This document shows, one piece after another, positions 39,236 through 49,278 of a DNA stretch of 64,000 nt (positions are counted from its first letter, which is position 1; the number at the start of each line of letters is the position of its first letter). The translations under genes were made by a program, and so were the position numbers. The notes below the pieces were generated by a model that was not told the DNA's origin, ran no database searches, and saw nothing but the letters and a program-made list of their open reading frames with translations. Origin of the DNA: an uncultured Gemmatimonadales bacterium (lineage in GTDB: Bacteria; Gemmatimonadota; Gemmatimonadetes; Gemmatimonadales; Gemmatimonadaceae); the NCBI GenBank assembly GCA_963850905.1, contig CAWKMU010000003.1, positions 3,104,001 to 3,168,000 of the forward strand. Reading direction: 5' to 3'.

Positions 39236-40532
39236 GTGATGCCAGGGCAGGGTGACGTGACCAAAGGCCTGGCGTCGGTGACCGCGAGGTCTGCGTGCAT
39301 CGCACTCGCCGTATTGCAGTGCCTGGCCGAAGGCATAGCCACAGCACAGCAACCACGGCCAGCGGACACGTCATCGGTCACCGCCAAGGACACATCCGGC
39401 CCGAAGGCGGTGCCGCAGCGCGACATTTGGGATGTCGCCGCGTCCATCCTCCACATTCACAAACCGCTCACGCCACCGGAGAATCCGGATTCCGTGCAGT
39501 CGGCCGTTCTGATTCTGCCGGTGTTCGGGATCACTCCGTCGGCCGGCCTGAGTCTCGGCGCCGGTGTGTCGTACATCGGACGCTTTGGGCCGCCCGGAAC
39601 CACGCGCCTCTCGCAGGCAAATGTGAGTGCGTCTTACAGTACCAAGGGACAACTCAACGTCTCGCTCACTCCGACTCTGTACCTGTCCGCCAATCGATTC
39701 TCAATCGAGGGCGACGTCCGATACTTGAGCTTGACCCAAACGACGTATGGCCTGGGCCCTCTGCACCCGGACAGCGACGCGGACGACATGGGGTTCAACC
39801 AGTTCCGGACCTACGTGACCGGATACGTGAGCGTGGCTAAGGGTCTCTACCTCGGACTCGGCTACCGGCTCGATTACTACTTCAACATCGTCGATCACAA
39901 CGCGATTGCCGGCGAGGCGAGTCCGTACCTCGAGTACAACAACGGCGTGACTATCGCGAGCGCCACCGCCTCTGGCCCCGCCTTGTCAATCGTCTACGAG
40001 ACGCGAGACAACCCGATCAATGCCTCGCGCGGCTACTACGCGCGGCTCGATGTCGTGCAGTACCCCACGTGGATGGGCAATCCCACCACATGGACACTGT
40101 TGCGTTACGATTTCCGGCACTACCTCAGCCTGAATCGCGCCGGCCACACCATTCTTGGCGTTTTGGACGTTCGGCTGGCTCACGACCGCACACCCACCCT
40201 ACCTGAGCCTTCCAGCGATCGGTTGGGACCGCGACGATAACAGTGGTCGAGGCTACGTGCAGGGACAGATCCGCGGCCCGAGCATGCTGTACGGAGAAAC
40301 GGAGCTGCGACAGCAGCTCAGCGCCGACGGCCTGATCGGTGCCGTCGTGTTCGCAAGTCTCACCGCCGCCAACTACCCGACGACGCGATCATTTGGTCCC
40401 GCCAATCCTGCGTACGGCGTCGGAATGCGAATCAAACTCAACAAGAAGTCGGATCAGAACGTGCGCTTCGATCTCGGGTTTACTCCTGCGGGTCCCGCGC
40501 GGTTCTTCCTGGGCGCAAGTGAAGCGTTCTGA
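39236..40532 (+). CDS. BamA/TamA-family outer-membrane beta-barrel (frameshift near 40160)
   Basis: Alternating beta strands, ETRDNPINASRG, GRGYVQGQIRG, C-terminal EAF. Confidence 0.75.
40437..40466 (+). repeat. 30-bp direct repeat, left copy (inside the 3' end of the OMP gene)
   Basis: CTCAACAAGAAGTCGGATCAGAACGTGCGC is identical to 46090..46119. Confidence 0.9.
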
Positions 40533-40726
40533 CCCAGGCCCGACACGGCGCGCCAGCTTCATGGCGCACGCGCTCCTTCCCGACACGACGAAGCCAAAAA
40601 GCAAGAACGCGTAGCGAGGGCTCACCCCGCCGACGTGAGAGGTGAGACTTCCACGGGGTTCGCGTGGTGTAACCCCTGTGGATGGCTCAGGCGCGCCAGT
40701 GCGCCAGCCGCCGGTGAGGAAACGGG

Positions 40727-42829
40727 ATGCGCTGCCACGCATGTGGACATGAGAACGCTGCGGACGCACGGTTCTGCGGCGAGTGCGGTAGGCCCTTATC
40801 GGGCGGTCCGGTCTCCACCCCTGATCGGGCCGCGCCCTCGTCATGGCGTCGCGTGGCCATCGCCGGCGTCTGCCTGGCAGTGGTAGCAGCCGCCTTTGTT
40901 CTCGTGCGCCGTGCGGCCGCTTCCGCTCGCGGCGGCTCTCCGCCGGCAAACGTGGCCCCGACGGCAGAATCTGATCAGTCGGCCGGGCCGGCCTCACCAT
41001 CGGGGTCCGGCGCGTCATCAAGCGCCGCCGGGACACCCGCGGCGGCACCGGACATGTCGCGTGTGACCGTATCCACGGTTGTCCCCGCTGGCGCAAACAT
41101 TGCCGCGTTGGCAGCAGGCGGCGAGATCGAGAGCATCAACGATGCGTACGGGCCGGGCCACACCGGCCGCCTGCTTCTGGACGGATCGCCGACGACAGTG
41201 TGGACGCCCGACGGCGACAACGTTTATCCCCACGACATTGTGTTTTCGTTCTACAAGCGCGACACCGCACTCGTGTCGAGCCTTGTCCTCAATCCCGCGC
41301 CCGACGGGTGGGGACCTAAGCGGGTCGAGGTCTTCACGACGTCCGACAGCGCGAACGGTGCATTCACGGAAGTGGCGGCAGCTGACGTTACTGATTCGGT
41401 CCCGGTTCAGGCGATCACGTTCCCACCGGTGCTGGCGCGCTACGTCAAACTGCGAGTCGTCGCGGGCCCGGACGCCGCGCTCAAGATCGGCGAGGTGCAG
41501 ATCATCGAGGGGAACCGACCTGGGTATAGCACGCTGCTCGCTCGACATCCCGAGATCGCGAAGTGGAAGTCGAGCGTGCGGTACGCAGCTCAGGCAGGGA
41601 TCGATTGGCTGGAACCTGCCTCAATGGAATGGCAAACGAACTCGCGGTGTTTCGGGTGTCACGTCCAGGCGCAGACCCTCATGGGACTGTCGGTCGCGCA
41701 GAGCAACAACTACGTCGTCAACGCGCGTACGGCACACGACTTGGTCGAGTTCACCCGATCAAAGCAAGACACCGATGGACACGAGGTGGACGCAGGGTCC
41801 GATACGCACTTCACGCCAACGCAATTTGCGGCGATGGGCGTCGCGTACTACGACGAGGCCACCGGCACGAGGGCGGACACAGTGCTGCGCCGGTACGTGC
41901 AATGGCTCACGGGACACGTCAAGCCGACCGGCGAGCTCCAACAGGATATGGAGGAGCCGCCGATCGCACAGGGTTCGTTGATGGGAACAGCCAATGTGGT
42001 CGTCGCCCTGATGGAGGCGTTCGCCCAGACGGGCGATTCTGAATACAAGTCGGCGGCCGATCGCAGCCTGTCGTTTATTGCCGCGACGAAGCCCGTGACG
42101 ACGCAGGACAAGGTCTTCAAGGTCATCGCGCTGTCACGATACGGAACGGCCGAGCAGCGGGATGCCGCATCACACGTGATTCAACAGCTGCAGGCTGAAC
42201 AAATGGCCGATGGCGGGTGGCGTGAGAATCCGTCCCTGCGCGCCTCAAATGCGTTTGCTACGGGTCAGGTCTTGTACGCGTTCAAAGAAGGCGGCGTCAG
42301 TATAGAGGCCCCGACCTTCAGTAACGGGGTCCGGTACCTGATCGCCACCCAGCAGCCGTCCGGGTCCTGGCCACCCGGCGCGACGCAAACGAAGCGGCCG
42401 TCGGAGTTCGCGCCCACCATGTGGGCCGTGATCGGGCTCGCCGGGGCGATCGAGCCGCCGACGGCCGAGTCGATGAAGCTCGACCTCGACAAATACGGCC
42501 GCGTGAGGCTCTACATCAACTTTGACTTCAACAAGGCGACGTTGCGGCCCGACGCAAAGCCGATCATCGGCGAGGTCGCGAAACTCATGAGGCAGAACCC
42601 GGGGCTCGCGCTCGAGATCAATGGCCATACCGACAACGTCGGCACGCACGACTACAACGTCGATCTTTCGCGACGTCGCGCTGCTGCGGTCGTCGACGCG
42701 CTCGTGGCCGCGCGCATCGCACGCGACCAGCTGACGGCCGGCGGGTTCGGCCCCGACCAGCCAATCGCCGACAACGATACGGAAAAAGGCCGCGCCCTCA
42801 ACCGGCGCGTCGAGCTTGTCAAACCCTGA
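40727..42829 (+). CDS. Zn-ribbon/TM/discoidin-like/CxxCH alpha-alpha barrel (prenyltransferase-like)/OmpA multidomain protein
   Basis: CHAC...CGEC; TM; LLDGSPTTVW, ARYVKLRV, IGEVQI; CFGCHVQ; QMADGGW and TQQPSGSW repeats; FDFNKA, GHTDNVG, LSRRRA, NRRVE. Confidence 0.8.
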   Translation: MRCHACGHENAADARFCGECGRPLSGGPVSTPDRAAPSSWRRVAIAGVCLAVVAAAFVLVRRAAASARGGSPPANVAPTAESDQSAGPASPSGSGASSSAAGTPAAAPDMSRVTVSTVVPAGANIAALAAGGEIESINDAYGPGHTGRLLLDGSPTTVWTPDGDNVYPHDIVFSFYKRDTALVSSLVLNPAPDGWGPKRVEVFTTSDSANGAFTEVAAADVTDSVPVQAITFPPVLARYVKLRVVAGPDAALKIGEVQIIEGNRPGYSTLLARHPEIAKWKSSVRYAAQAGIDWLEPASMEWQTNSRCFGCHVQAQTLMGLSVAQSNNYVVNARTAHDLVEFTRSKQDTDGHEVDAGSDTHFTPTQFAAMGVAYYDEATGTRADTVLRRYVQWLTGHVKPTGELQQDMEEPPIAQGSLMGTANVVVALMEAFAQTGDSEYKSAADRSLSFIAATKPVTTQDKVFKVIALSRYGTAEQRDAASHVIQQLQAEQMADGGWRENPSLRASNAFATGQVLYAFKEGGVSIEAPTFSNGVRYLIATQQPSGSWPPGATQTKRPSEFAPTMWAVIGLAGAIEPPTAESMKLDLDKYGRVRLYINFDFNKATLRPDAKPIIGEVAKLMRQNPGLALEINGHTDNVGTHDYNVDLSRRRAAAVVDALVAARIARDQLTAGGFGPDQPIADNDTEKGRALNRRVELVKP

Positions 42830-42877
42830 CCCGGCGGCCGTTCGGTCGTCGGCCCGTTCAATCGACGGGGGTGACTA

Positions 42878-45409
42878 GTGCGCTGTCCATCCTGTGGTCG
42901 TGAAGCAGTTCCAGGTGAACGCTTCTGTGAAGGGTGCGGGCGGGCACTGTTGCCACGGGGTGGCCGAGTGCTCGCAGGCGACGCCCAGGGATCCGCCGGA
43001 TCCACGACGAGCAACCAGGCTACACATGTGCCCGCGCGCCGCTCATCGCGTCGGGCGATAGTGGGCGTGATCGCCATCGTGGTCGGACTCGCCACGGTCG
43101 GCGTGGTGGGGTTGGCTCGTCATCGTCTCGCAGGCACCTCGGCGGACGGGCTGGACTCTGGAGTACAGGGAGCAGGAGCGTCGCTGGTCCGGATTGCGAC
43201 CGTGGCCGCCCCCTGCCCGGAGCAGGATGACATGCTTGCGCTCGAAGGGTATGCGCCGGGTGCTGGCGGGGCCGAACACATCGGACAAAAAGGCATCGGA
43301 CAGCTCGGTGGAATCGCTGATGGCATTGCCGGGGCGCCGCCTGCGCCGTCCGCCGCGCCGCCGTCGAAGTGCCGGGCCCTTACGCAGGACTTGGAAGAGG
43401 CGTTCCACGCGATCGATACTGCCGCGCGAGCCCTGCCAAACGATGGGTACGACGAAGGGGCACGCGCCGCAGAACTGAATGACCCAAGCGCAATCTTTGC
43501 CTTCGTGCGCGACAAGATCCAGACCGAGGCGTACGTGGGTGCGATGCGTGGTGGAGTAGGCACTCTGATGAGTCGGTCTGGCAGTCCGGCCGACAAGGCC
43601 ATTCTGCTGGCCGAGCTACTGGCCGTTCGCGGCATCACCGTGCGATTCCTCCACACAACCCTCTCCAACACCGACGTCGCAGGAGCGATCACTAACGCGG
43701 TAGGCGCACGAGGACCCTCTGCGGCAAGCGTGTCGTCGCAGCAGGCAACCGCCGCACTCGAGACTTTTACCGAGGGCGCAACCTCCGCGCAGCCCATTGC
43801 AGACGGGATCGTGGCCTCCCTCACCGGCGCCGGTGCGACCTTGTCCAACAGCGACAGTGGCCTGCGCGCGCGGTGGGCGACCAATCTGCGAGATCATTGG
43901 TGGGTGCAGGCGCAGGAGGGCGGCGCATGGGTCGATCTTGATCCGACGCTCCCGACCATCTCTGTCGGCTCGCATCTCGGACCGGCCGCAGCCGCCCCGC
44001 CGTCCGACCAGCTTCCCGACACCATCTACACGACCGTCACGTTTCGGATCACAGGCGACTTCGCTGACAAGACTGGGGTGACGACACACTCGATGGTCGA
44101 GAAGCAGGTGCGCGCGGCGGACGCATTCGCCCAGCCGATCGTCGTTCGAGTCGGCGACCCTGACGCGACCGTGGCCGGCCTTGGGAAGTCGAACACGTTC
44201 ACCGCCTCGGTCGTCGTGGGCGGGGGCACCTCGAGCAGTGATCCGTTTCAACCCGACCCCGAGACCGGCCCGCGCTTGCTCCGCCTGCATTTCGAGATCG
44301 AAACCGACAGACCCGGATGTCGGCCGCTCCTCGCGCGGCGGACGATCGTAGATCGAAGCAACACTGGCGGGACGAGCGTCGCGGCGACATGGGATGCTCG
44401 CCGGACAGCGTATGCCCTGACGACGTCCTACGATGGCCTCGCCCTGGCGGGCGCACTCGATCCCGCGTTCGCCGCGGCTCGCGAGGTAGAGGGAACCCAC
44501 GCGCTCCATGGGCTGCTCGAGTACGCCATCAATCGGCAGTTGGATGCCCTTCCGCCTGATGCGAACGAGATCTACCCACTTGAGGTCATGCGCTACCTGG
44601 AGCTCGACGGCATGGTCCGCCACGAAACTGAGGCCCGCTCGGCGAACCATACCCGGTTCTACTTCGATCGGCCGGTAATCGCATTCGTCCATCACGCGAT
44701 GGTCTTCAACGGCTCGGCGGTCGTTGCGCAAAACGACTTCGACGTCGTCGAGGACGCGATGGACGCGACCGGCGCCAATGTTACGACCGCAGTACGAGAC
44801 AACATCACTCGGGGCGTGACCGATAATGCGATCGAGAGGCACGTCGTGCTCCCCAGGGGATTGGTGACGACGCGTGCGCTGTTTGCAGCGGCCGCACGCA
44901 TGGGTGTTCCGACAGTTGCCATTCTTACATCGGGCAGCCAGTCGCGGCTCCCCCCTGCGGCGCTGGTCGCTGCCACCGCCTCATTGCAGCGCGGAGCGAT
45001 CATTGCCACGGCACGCCCCGTTTCCCTTGGCGGCGAGGATCACGTCGGGTGGTGGGAAGTCAATCCGGCGACCGGCTCCACCGTTGGGCGGCTGGAGTCA
45101 GGTGCCGGCCAAGCTCTGGCTGAGTATCTCCCGACGACTGGCGTCGCGCTGAAAGCCAATACGATCGCCGACGTCGTGGGGGGATTCGATGCCTGCATGT
45201 TTGCGGACGTCAACAAAGCGCTGGCCACGTCGAACGGCGACGGGATCGAGATGGTCAGTAAGTGCGGACAGGAGGTGGCGTGCGAATTCGCCGAAGGGCA
45301 GGCCGTCGGCCTGTTCGCGGACTTCTTGTATGGTGGCGACAATGCAGCCAATCAGGCAGCGGATTTGACTAACACCATCTTCGCGCTCGCCAAGAAAGTG
45401 TGCGGCTAG
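42878..45409 (+). CDS. Zn-ribbon/TM protein with transglutaminase-like domain
   Basis: CPSC...CEGC; TM; FVRDKI..Y.GAMRG..GTL..RSGSPADKAILL; HWWVQ...WVDLDPT; Cys-rich helical C-terminus. Confidence 0.7.
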   Translation: MRCPSCGREAVPGERFCEGCGRALLPRGGRVLAGDAQGSAGSTTSNQATHVPARRSSRRAIVGVIAIVVGLATVGVVGLARHRLAGTSADGLDSGVQGAGASLVRIATVAAPCPEQDDMLALEGYAPGAGGAEHIGQKGIGQLGGIADGIAGAPPAPSAAPPSKCRALTQDLEEAFHAIDTAARALPNDGYDEGARAAELNDPSAIFAFVRDKIQTEAYVGAMRGGVGTLMSRSGSPADKAILLAELLAVRGITVRFLHTTLSNTDVAGAITNAVGARGPSAASVSSQQATAALETFTEGATSAQPIADGIVASLTGAGATLSNSDSGLRARWATNLRDHWWVQAQEGGAWVDLDPTLPTISVGSHLGPAAAAPPSDQLPDTIYTTVTFRITGDFADKTGVTTHSMVEKQVRAADAFAQPIVVRVGDPDATVAGLGKSNTFTASVVVGGGTSSSDPFQPDPETGPRLLRLHFEIETDRPGCRPLLARRTIVDRSNTGGTSVAATWDARRTAYALTTSYDGLALAGALDPAFAAAREVEGTHALHGLLEYAINRQLDALPPDANEIYPLEVMRYLELDGMVRHETEARSANHTRFYFDRPVIAFVHHAMVFNGSAVVAQNDFDVVEDAMDATGANVTTAVRDNITRGVTDNAIERHVVLPRGLVTTRALFAAAARMGVPTVAILTSGSQSRLPPAALVAATASLQRGAIIATARPVSLGGEDHVGWWEVNPATGSTVGRLESGAGQALAEYLPTTGVALKANTIADVVGGFDACMFADVNKALATSNGDGIEMVSKCGQEVACEFAEGQAVGLFADFLYGGDNAANQAADLTNTIFALAKKVCG

Positions 45410-45564
45410 GTGGCTCGTGCGGCCCGACACTCCATAGGGGCACATAGTTGCCGCCTATCGAGGCATTCAGCACAAAGTATTGGAATCATTGCGACCGTCT
45501 CGCCATTCTCCGGCACCGCTCCGAGGGCAACCCTGACCGCAGCTTTTCCGTGGAAGGAGAAACA

Positions 45565-46017
45565 GTGACCACTTCACGCATCGGTCGACAGATCGGGCGT
45601 ACGGCAGCGCTCGGCGTTGTTGCGCTCGCCTGGCCAGTCATTGTCGCTGCCCAATTGCCAGGGGTTCGCTGCGCAGACGGTGTCACGGCCGCAACGACCG
45701 CCATTTGCATCGCGTCCCATGACGGTGTCGCGAAAGTTGCTGCCCAAATGGCTTGGCCGGCTGCGGGCGCGAGCGCCAACTCGAGCAACACCGACACAAG
45801 TTCAAAAAATCACAACGGGACCATTGAGCTCAATAGCACCCAGTTTGGAGTGAGCAGATCCAACCCTCCCGCGGGGAACGGCACGGCTCCGGGCAAGGCC
45901 GACCTGTCTGATATCACTGCCGGCCAGGGAAAGCCGCCGCTCGCAGCGAGCAACATCACAGTGACGATCCCGCTGCCCGACACCCCGGCCAAGAAACCGC
46001 AGAGCAAGAAGCCATAG
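45565..46017 (+). CDS. Secreted protein with DUF3761-like motif and Hcp-like segment
   Basis: GAAGGAG RBS before GTG; signal peptide; RCADG...C..SHDGV; HNGTIELNSTQFGVSR...GKADLSDIT. Confidence 0.55.
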   Translation: MTTSRIGRQIGRTAALGVVALAWPVIVAAQLPGVRCADGVTAATTAICIASHDGVAKVAAQMAWPAAGASANSSNTDTSSKNHNGTIELNSTQFGVSRSNPPAGNGTAPGKADLSDITAGQGKPPLAASNITVTIPLPDTPAKKPQSKKP

Positions 46018-46089
46018 GCAGCCGCGTTGGCTGCGGCGCAGTGCGGCGCCGCCTCGATCCTCCAGCCCGAGCACACCTCGCCGGCCGAG

Positions 46090-46119
46090 CTCAACAAGAA
46101 GTCGGATCAGAACGTGCGC
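46090..46119 (+). repeat. 30-bp direct repeat, right copy
   Basis: Identical to 40437..40466. Confidence 0.9.
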
Positions 46120-46369
46120 GTTCGAGCTTCCTGACGCGACAATGAGAAGACGCGTGAACCCGTAGCGAGCGCATCGAGAGAAGAACTCCCCGCGCACCGC
46201 TCGAGAACGTTGTGGTGCTCTACGGCCATGCCCCACTGGGTCACGCGTCAACCCTCGACCGCAGCGCTGCGTGGACCTTGGTGCACTACCCGCGCTCAGC
46301 GGTCCCGACCAACTACCATGGCCGCGATCGAACACCACTCACCGTCATGGAAAGGCGGAGGAACCGCGC

Positions 46370-47920
46370 ATGCCCCCACAAGGCTCACAGAAGCCCAACA
46401 TCCTGTTCATCATGGGCGACGACATCGGCTGGTTCAACCTCAGTGCGTACCACCAGGGCATTATGGCGTCACGAACGCCCAATCTCGACCGCATGGCTTC
46501 GGAGGGCACGCGGTTCACGGACTACTACGCCGAGGCCAGCTGCACCGCGGGCCGCGCCAATTTCATTACGGGACAGCTGCCGATTCGCACGGGTCTCACC
46601 ACCGTCGGCCAGGCCGGTTCGACCGTCGGTATGCCCAAGGAAGCACCGACGATCGCCACGGCGCTCCGATCGATGGGGTATGCCACTGGGCAGTTCGGCA
46701 AGAACCACTTGGGCGATCTGAACAAATTCCTGCCGACCGTGCACGGGTTCGACGAATTTTTCGGCTACCTCTATCACCTGGACGCGATGGAGGATCCGTT
46801 CCATCGGAACTACCCGCCCGCCCTCAAAGAGAAGGTGGGCCCCCGCAACATGCTGCACACGTGGGCCACGGATAAGGACGACGCGACGGTGGACCCGCGC
46901 TGGGGCAAGGTTGGCAAACAGAAGATTGTCGACGAGGGCCCGCTGCCCCCGCACCCGACCAACGGAGCCAAGTACGACATGGAGACGGTGGACGACGCCA
47001 TCCGCGATCACGCGTTCGACTTCATCGACAAGGCGAAGAGTGCCGGGAAGCCCTTCTTTGTCTGGCTCAATCCGACACGCATGCACGTCGTCACGCACTT
47101 GTCGGAGAAGTACGAAAAGTTGCGCACGCCAGAGAACGGTTGGAGCGTACAGGAAGCCGGGCTGGCACAACTCGACGACATCGTGGGCGCGGTTCTGAAG
47201 AAGCTGAAGGACACGGGTCTTGATGACAACACGATCGTCGTGTTCAGCACCGACAACGGCGCGGAGTGTATGACCTGGCCGGACGGTGGCCAGACGCCAT
47301 TTGCAGGCGAAAAAGGAGCAGTGCTCGAAGGGGGCTTCCGGGCGCCCTGCATCATTCGGTGGCCAGGCAAGGTACCAGCTGGCAAGGTCGAGAACGGGAT
47401 CATCTCCGGCCTCGATTGGTTTCCGACGTTCGTTGCCGCCGCCGGCAACCCCAACATCGCTGACGAGCTGGTAGATGGTAAGCAGTTGGGCGACCAAACC
47501 TACAAGGTCCATCTCGATGGCTACAACCAGCTCGACCTCATCACCGGGAAAGGTCCATCGAAGCGGCAGGAGATCTTCTATTTCGCTGAGGGCACCTTAG
47601 GGGCGGTCCGCGTCAACGACTACAAGTATCGGTTCATCGACCAGCCCGGCGGATGGCTGGGCGGCACGGTCAAACCCGACTGGCCCATCCTCTGCAACCT
47701 CCGCCTCGATCCGTTCGAGCGCACCGGACTGGATCGGTCGCTGAACTTCTACAGTTGGTTCGCGTACGAGTTCTGGCGCTTTGTGTTCGTCCAACAAGTG
47801 GTGGAAAAGTTTGCGGAGACGTTCGTCGCATTCCCGCCGATGCAGCCGCCTGCCACGTTCAACCTCGCGGCGATCAAGGAGCAGCTGGCGAAGAAGGTCG
47901 CGACACATTCAGGCGTCTAG
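46370..47920 (+). CDS. Arylsulfatase (Cys-type), second paralog
   Basis: [43 protein letters not shown]. Confidence 0.92.
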   Translation: MPPQGSQKPNILFIMGDDIGWFNLSAYHQGIMASRTPNLDRMASEGTRFTDYYAEASCTAGRANFITGQLPIRTGLTTVGQAGSTVGMPKEAPTIATALRSMGYATGQFGKNHLGDLNKFLPTVHGFDEFFGYLYHLDAMEDPFHRNYPPALKEKVGPRNMLHTWATDKDDATVDPRWGKVGKQKIVDEGPLPPHPTNGAKYDMETVDDAIRDHAFDFIDKAKSAGKPFFVWLNPTRMHVVTHLSEKYEKLRTPENGWSVQEAGLAQLDDIVGAVLKKLKDTGLDDNTIVVFSTDNGAECMTWPDGGQTPFAGEKGAVLEGGFRAPCIIRWPGKVPAGKVENGIISGLDWFPTFVAAAGNPNIADELVDGKQLGDQTYKVHLDGYNQLDLITGKGPSKRQEIFYFAEGTLGAVRVNDYKYRFIDQPGGWLGGTVKPDWPILCNLRLDPFERTGLDRSLNFYSWFAYEFWRFVFVQQVVEKFAETFVAFPPMQPPATFNLAAIKEQLAKKVATHSGV

Positions 47921-48171
47921 GGCAGGGTGAGCGAGCGGCGCCCCGCCCCTGGGGCGCCCGCTCTCCCGAGCGGCCACCAGGCGGTAACGCACACCCCCGA
48001 CCGCGCGCTGGCGAGCCTGGCTACACGTGCCGCACCTACCAGTATAAGATCAAGGACGCGGTCGCCTCGCTCCGATCGACCACTCGACGCGACCGCGGGA
48101 CTGCGCCACATTGGCCCAGTCTCGTGACCGACCGCCGTGTTTCGCCGACCTCAACCCCCAAACCTCTTCGC

Positions 48172-48738
48172 ATGTTGACGCTCTCGCCTTCTCACCGCAC
48201 CGTGCGTCCCTGTCTGACATGGCTCTACGGAGCGCTGCTCATTACCGCGTGCCAATCCGAACACGGCAGCGCCACTGCCCAGGCGGGCCGGTCCCCATCG
48301 GACACAGGCGCGGCACCAGCTGCTGCTCCCGCCGCTGCGCCCGCTGCATCGCCCGGCGCACCGATCACCTTCGCCCCCGCGCTCGGCGTCGACATGGCGA
48401 CAATGACAAAGACGCCGTCCGGGCTGGCGTATCACGATGTGAAGGTGGGCACGGGCGCCACCGCAGTGGCAGGCAAGACGGTATCCGTGCACTACACCGG
48501 GTGGTTGCCCGATGGAACCAAATTCGACAGCAGCCGCGATCGCAATCAACCATTTCAGTTCGCGCTGGGCGCGGGGCAGGTGATCAAGGGGTGGGACGAG
48601 GGGGTCGCCGGTATGAAGGTCGGCGGCCGTCGAACGCTGGTCATTCCTCCCGACCTCGCCTACGGTCCAAACGGCTCGGACCCCATCCCGCCCAACGCAA
48701 CGCTTGTATTCGACGTCGAGCTCCTCGGCGTGCACTGA
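48172..48738 (+). CDS. FKBP-type peptidyl-prolyl isomerase lipoprotein
   Basis: ITAC lipobox; [36 protein letters not shown]. Confidence 0.92.
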   Translation: MLTLSPSHRTVRPCLTWLYGALLITACQSEHGSATAQAGRSPSDTGAAPAAAPAAAPAASPGAPITFAPALGVDMATMTKTPSGLAYHDVKVGTGATAVAGKTVSVHYTGWLPDGTKFDSSRDRNQPFQFALGAGQVIKGWDEGVAGMKVGGRRTLVIPPDLAYGPNGSDPIPPNATLVFDVELLGVH

Positions 48739-48792
48739 TTGAGGCTTCGCCTCAATAGAAAGGCGAAGGAGAGAGGAGAAAGGAGACGAACG
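48738..48792. repeat. Half copy of the hairpin plus GGAGAAA heptamer element
   Basis: attgaggc-ttc-gcctcaat, then AGAAAGG...GGAGAAAGGAGACGAAC (same ending as the copy after selC). Confidence 0.6.
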
Positions 48793-48896
48793 CTGTCAGG
48801 CGGTGCTACCGGCGGTAGGCGCGGTACGCGCGTCGTTGACGGTAGTCCAGACGCAGGTCGGGCGTAGGCCGTGTCGCCAACGCCAGCCCAGGACCG

Positions 48897-48921
48897 GTAG
48901 GGGCGACGCATTGCGTCGCCC
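48897..48921 (+). repeat. GTAG-type REP palindrome
   Basis: Identical to 25527..25551, including the upstream GGACCG. Confidence 0.8.
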
Positions 48922-48956
48922 GCGGTGACAGCTGGTATCCGTCGCCAGATGCGGCG

Positions 48957-49278
48957 TTATCGTCGCGTCACCAGAGGAGCGGGATCAGGCGATATCGCAC
49001 GTGCCGGCACATGGTGTCCGCGCTCGCTCTGAATCCGCACGAGCGGCGATAGATAGGGATTGTCGGTGAACGACCGCAGGAGAAAGAATCCGGCGACGAG
49101 CAAGAGCAGCGCCCCGATGAGCTGAAGCCACGCGGGGACAGGCGGCGTCCAGTGAAAGCGGCGTCCGTCCAGCGGCATGACGACAATCCACACAACGAAG
49201 CCGGCCCTGGACGAACGCCGGCAGCGGGTCCTTTGGCCGCAACGGCATGATCTGATCGTGGGTCCTACCGATTGGCAT
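48957..49278 (-). pseudogene. Fragment of an isoprenylcysteine carboxyl methyltransferase-family gene
   Basis: LDGRRFHW...NPYLSPLVRIQSERGHHV, ending before the expected GPY..VRHP motif; no intact 5' part. Confidence 0.55.

Noticed and set aside
41600..42450. Active squalene-hopene cyclase
   Set aside because: Single short barrel, no DXDD motif, and an extracytoplasmic OmpA-fused context.
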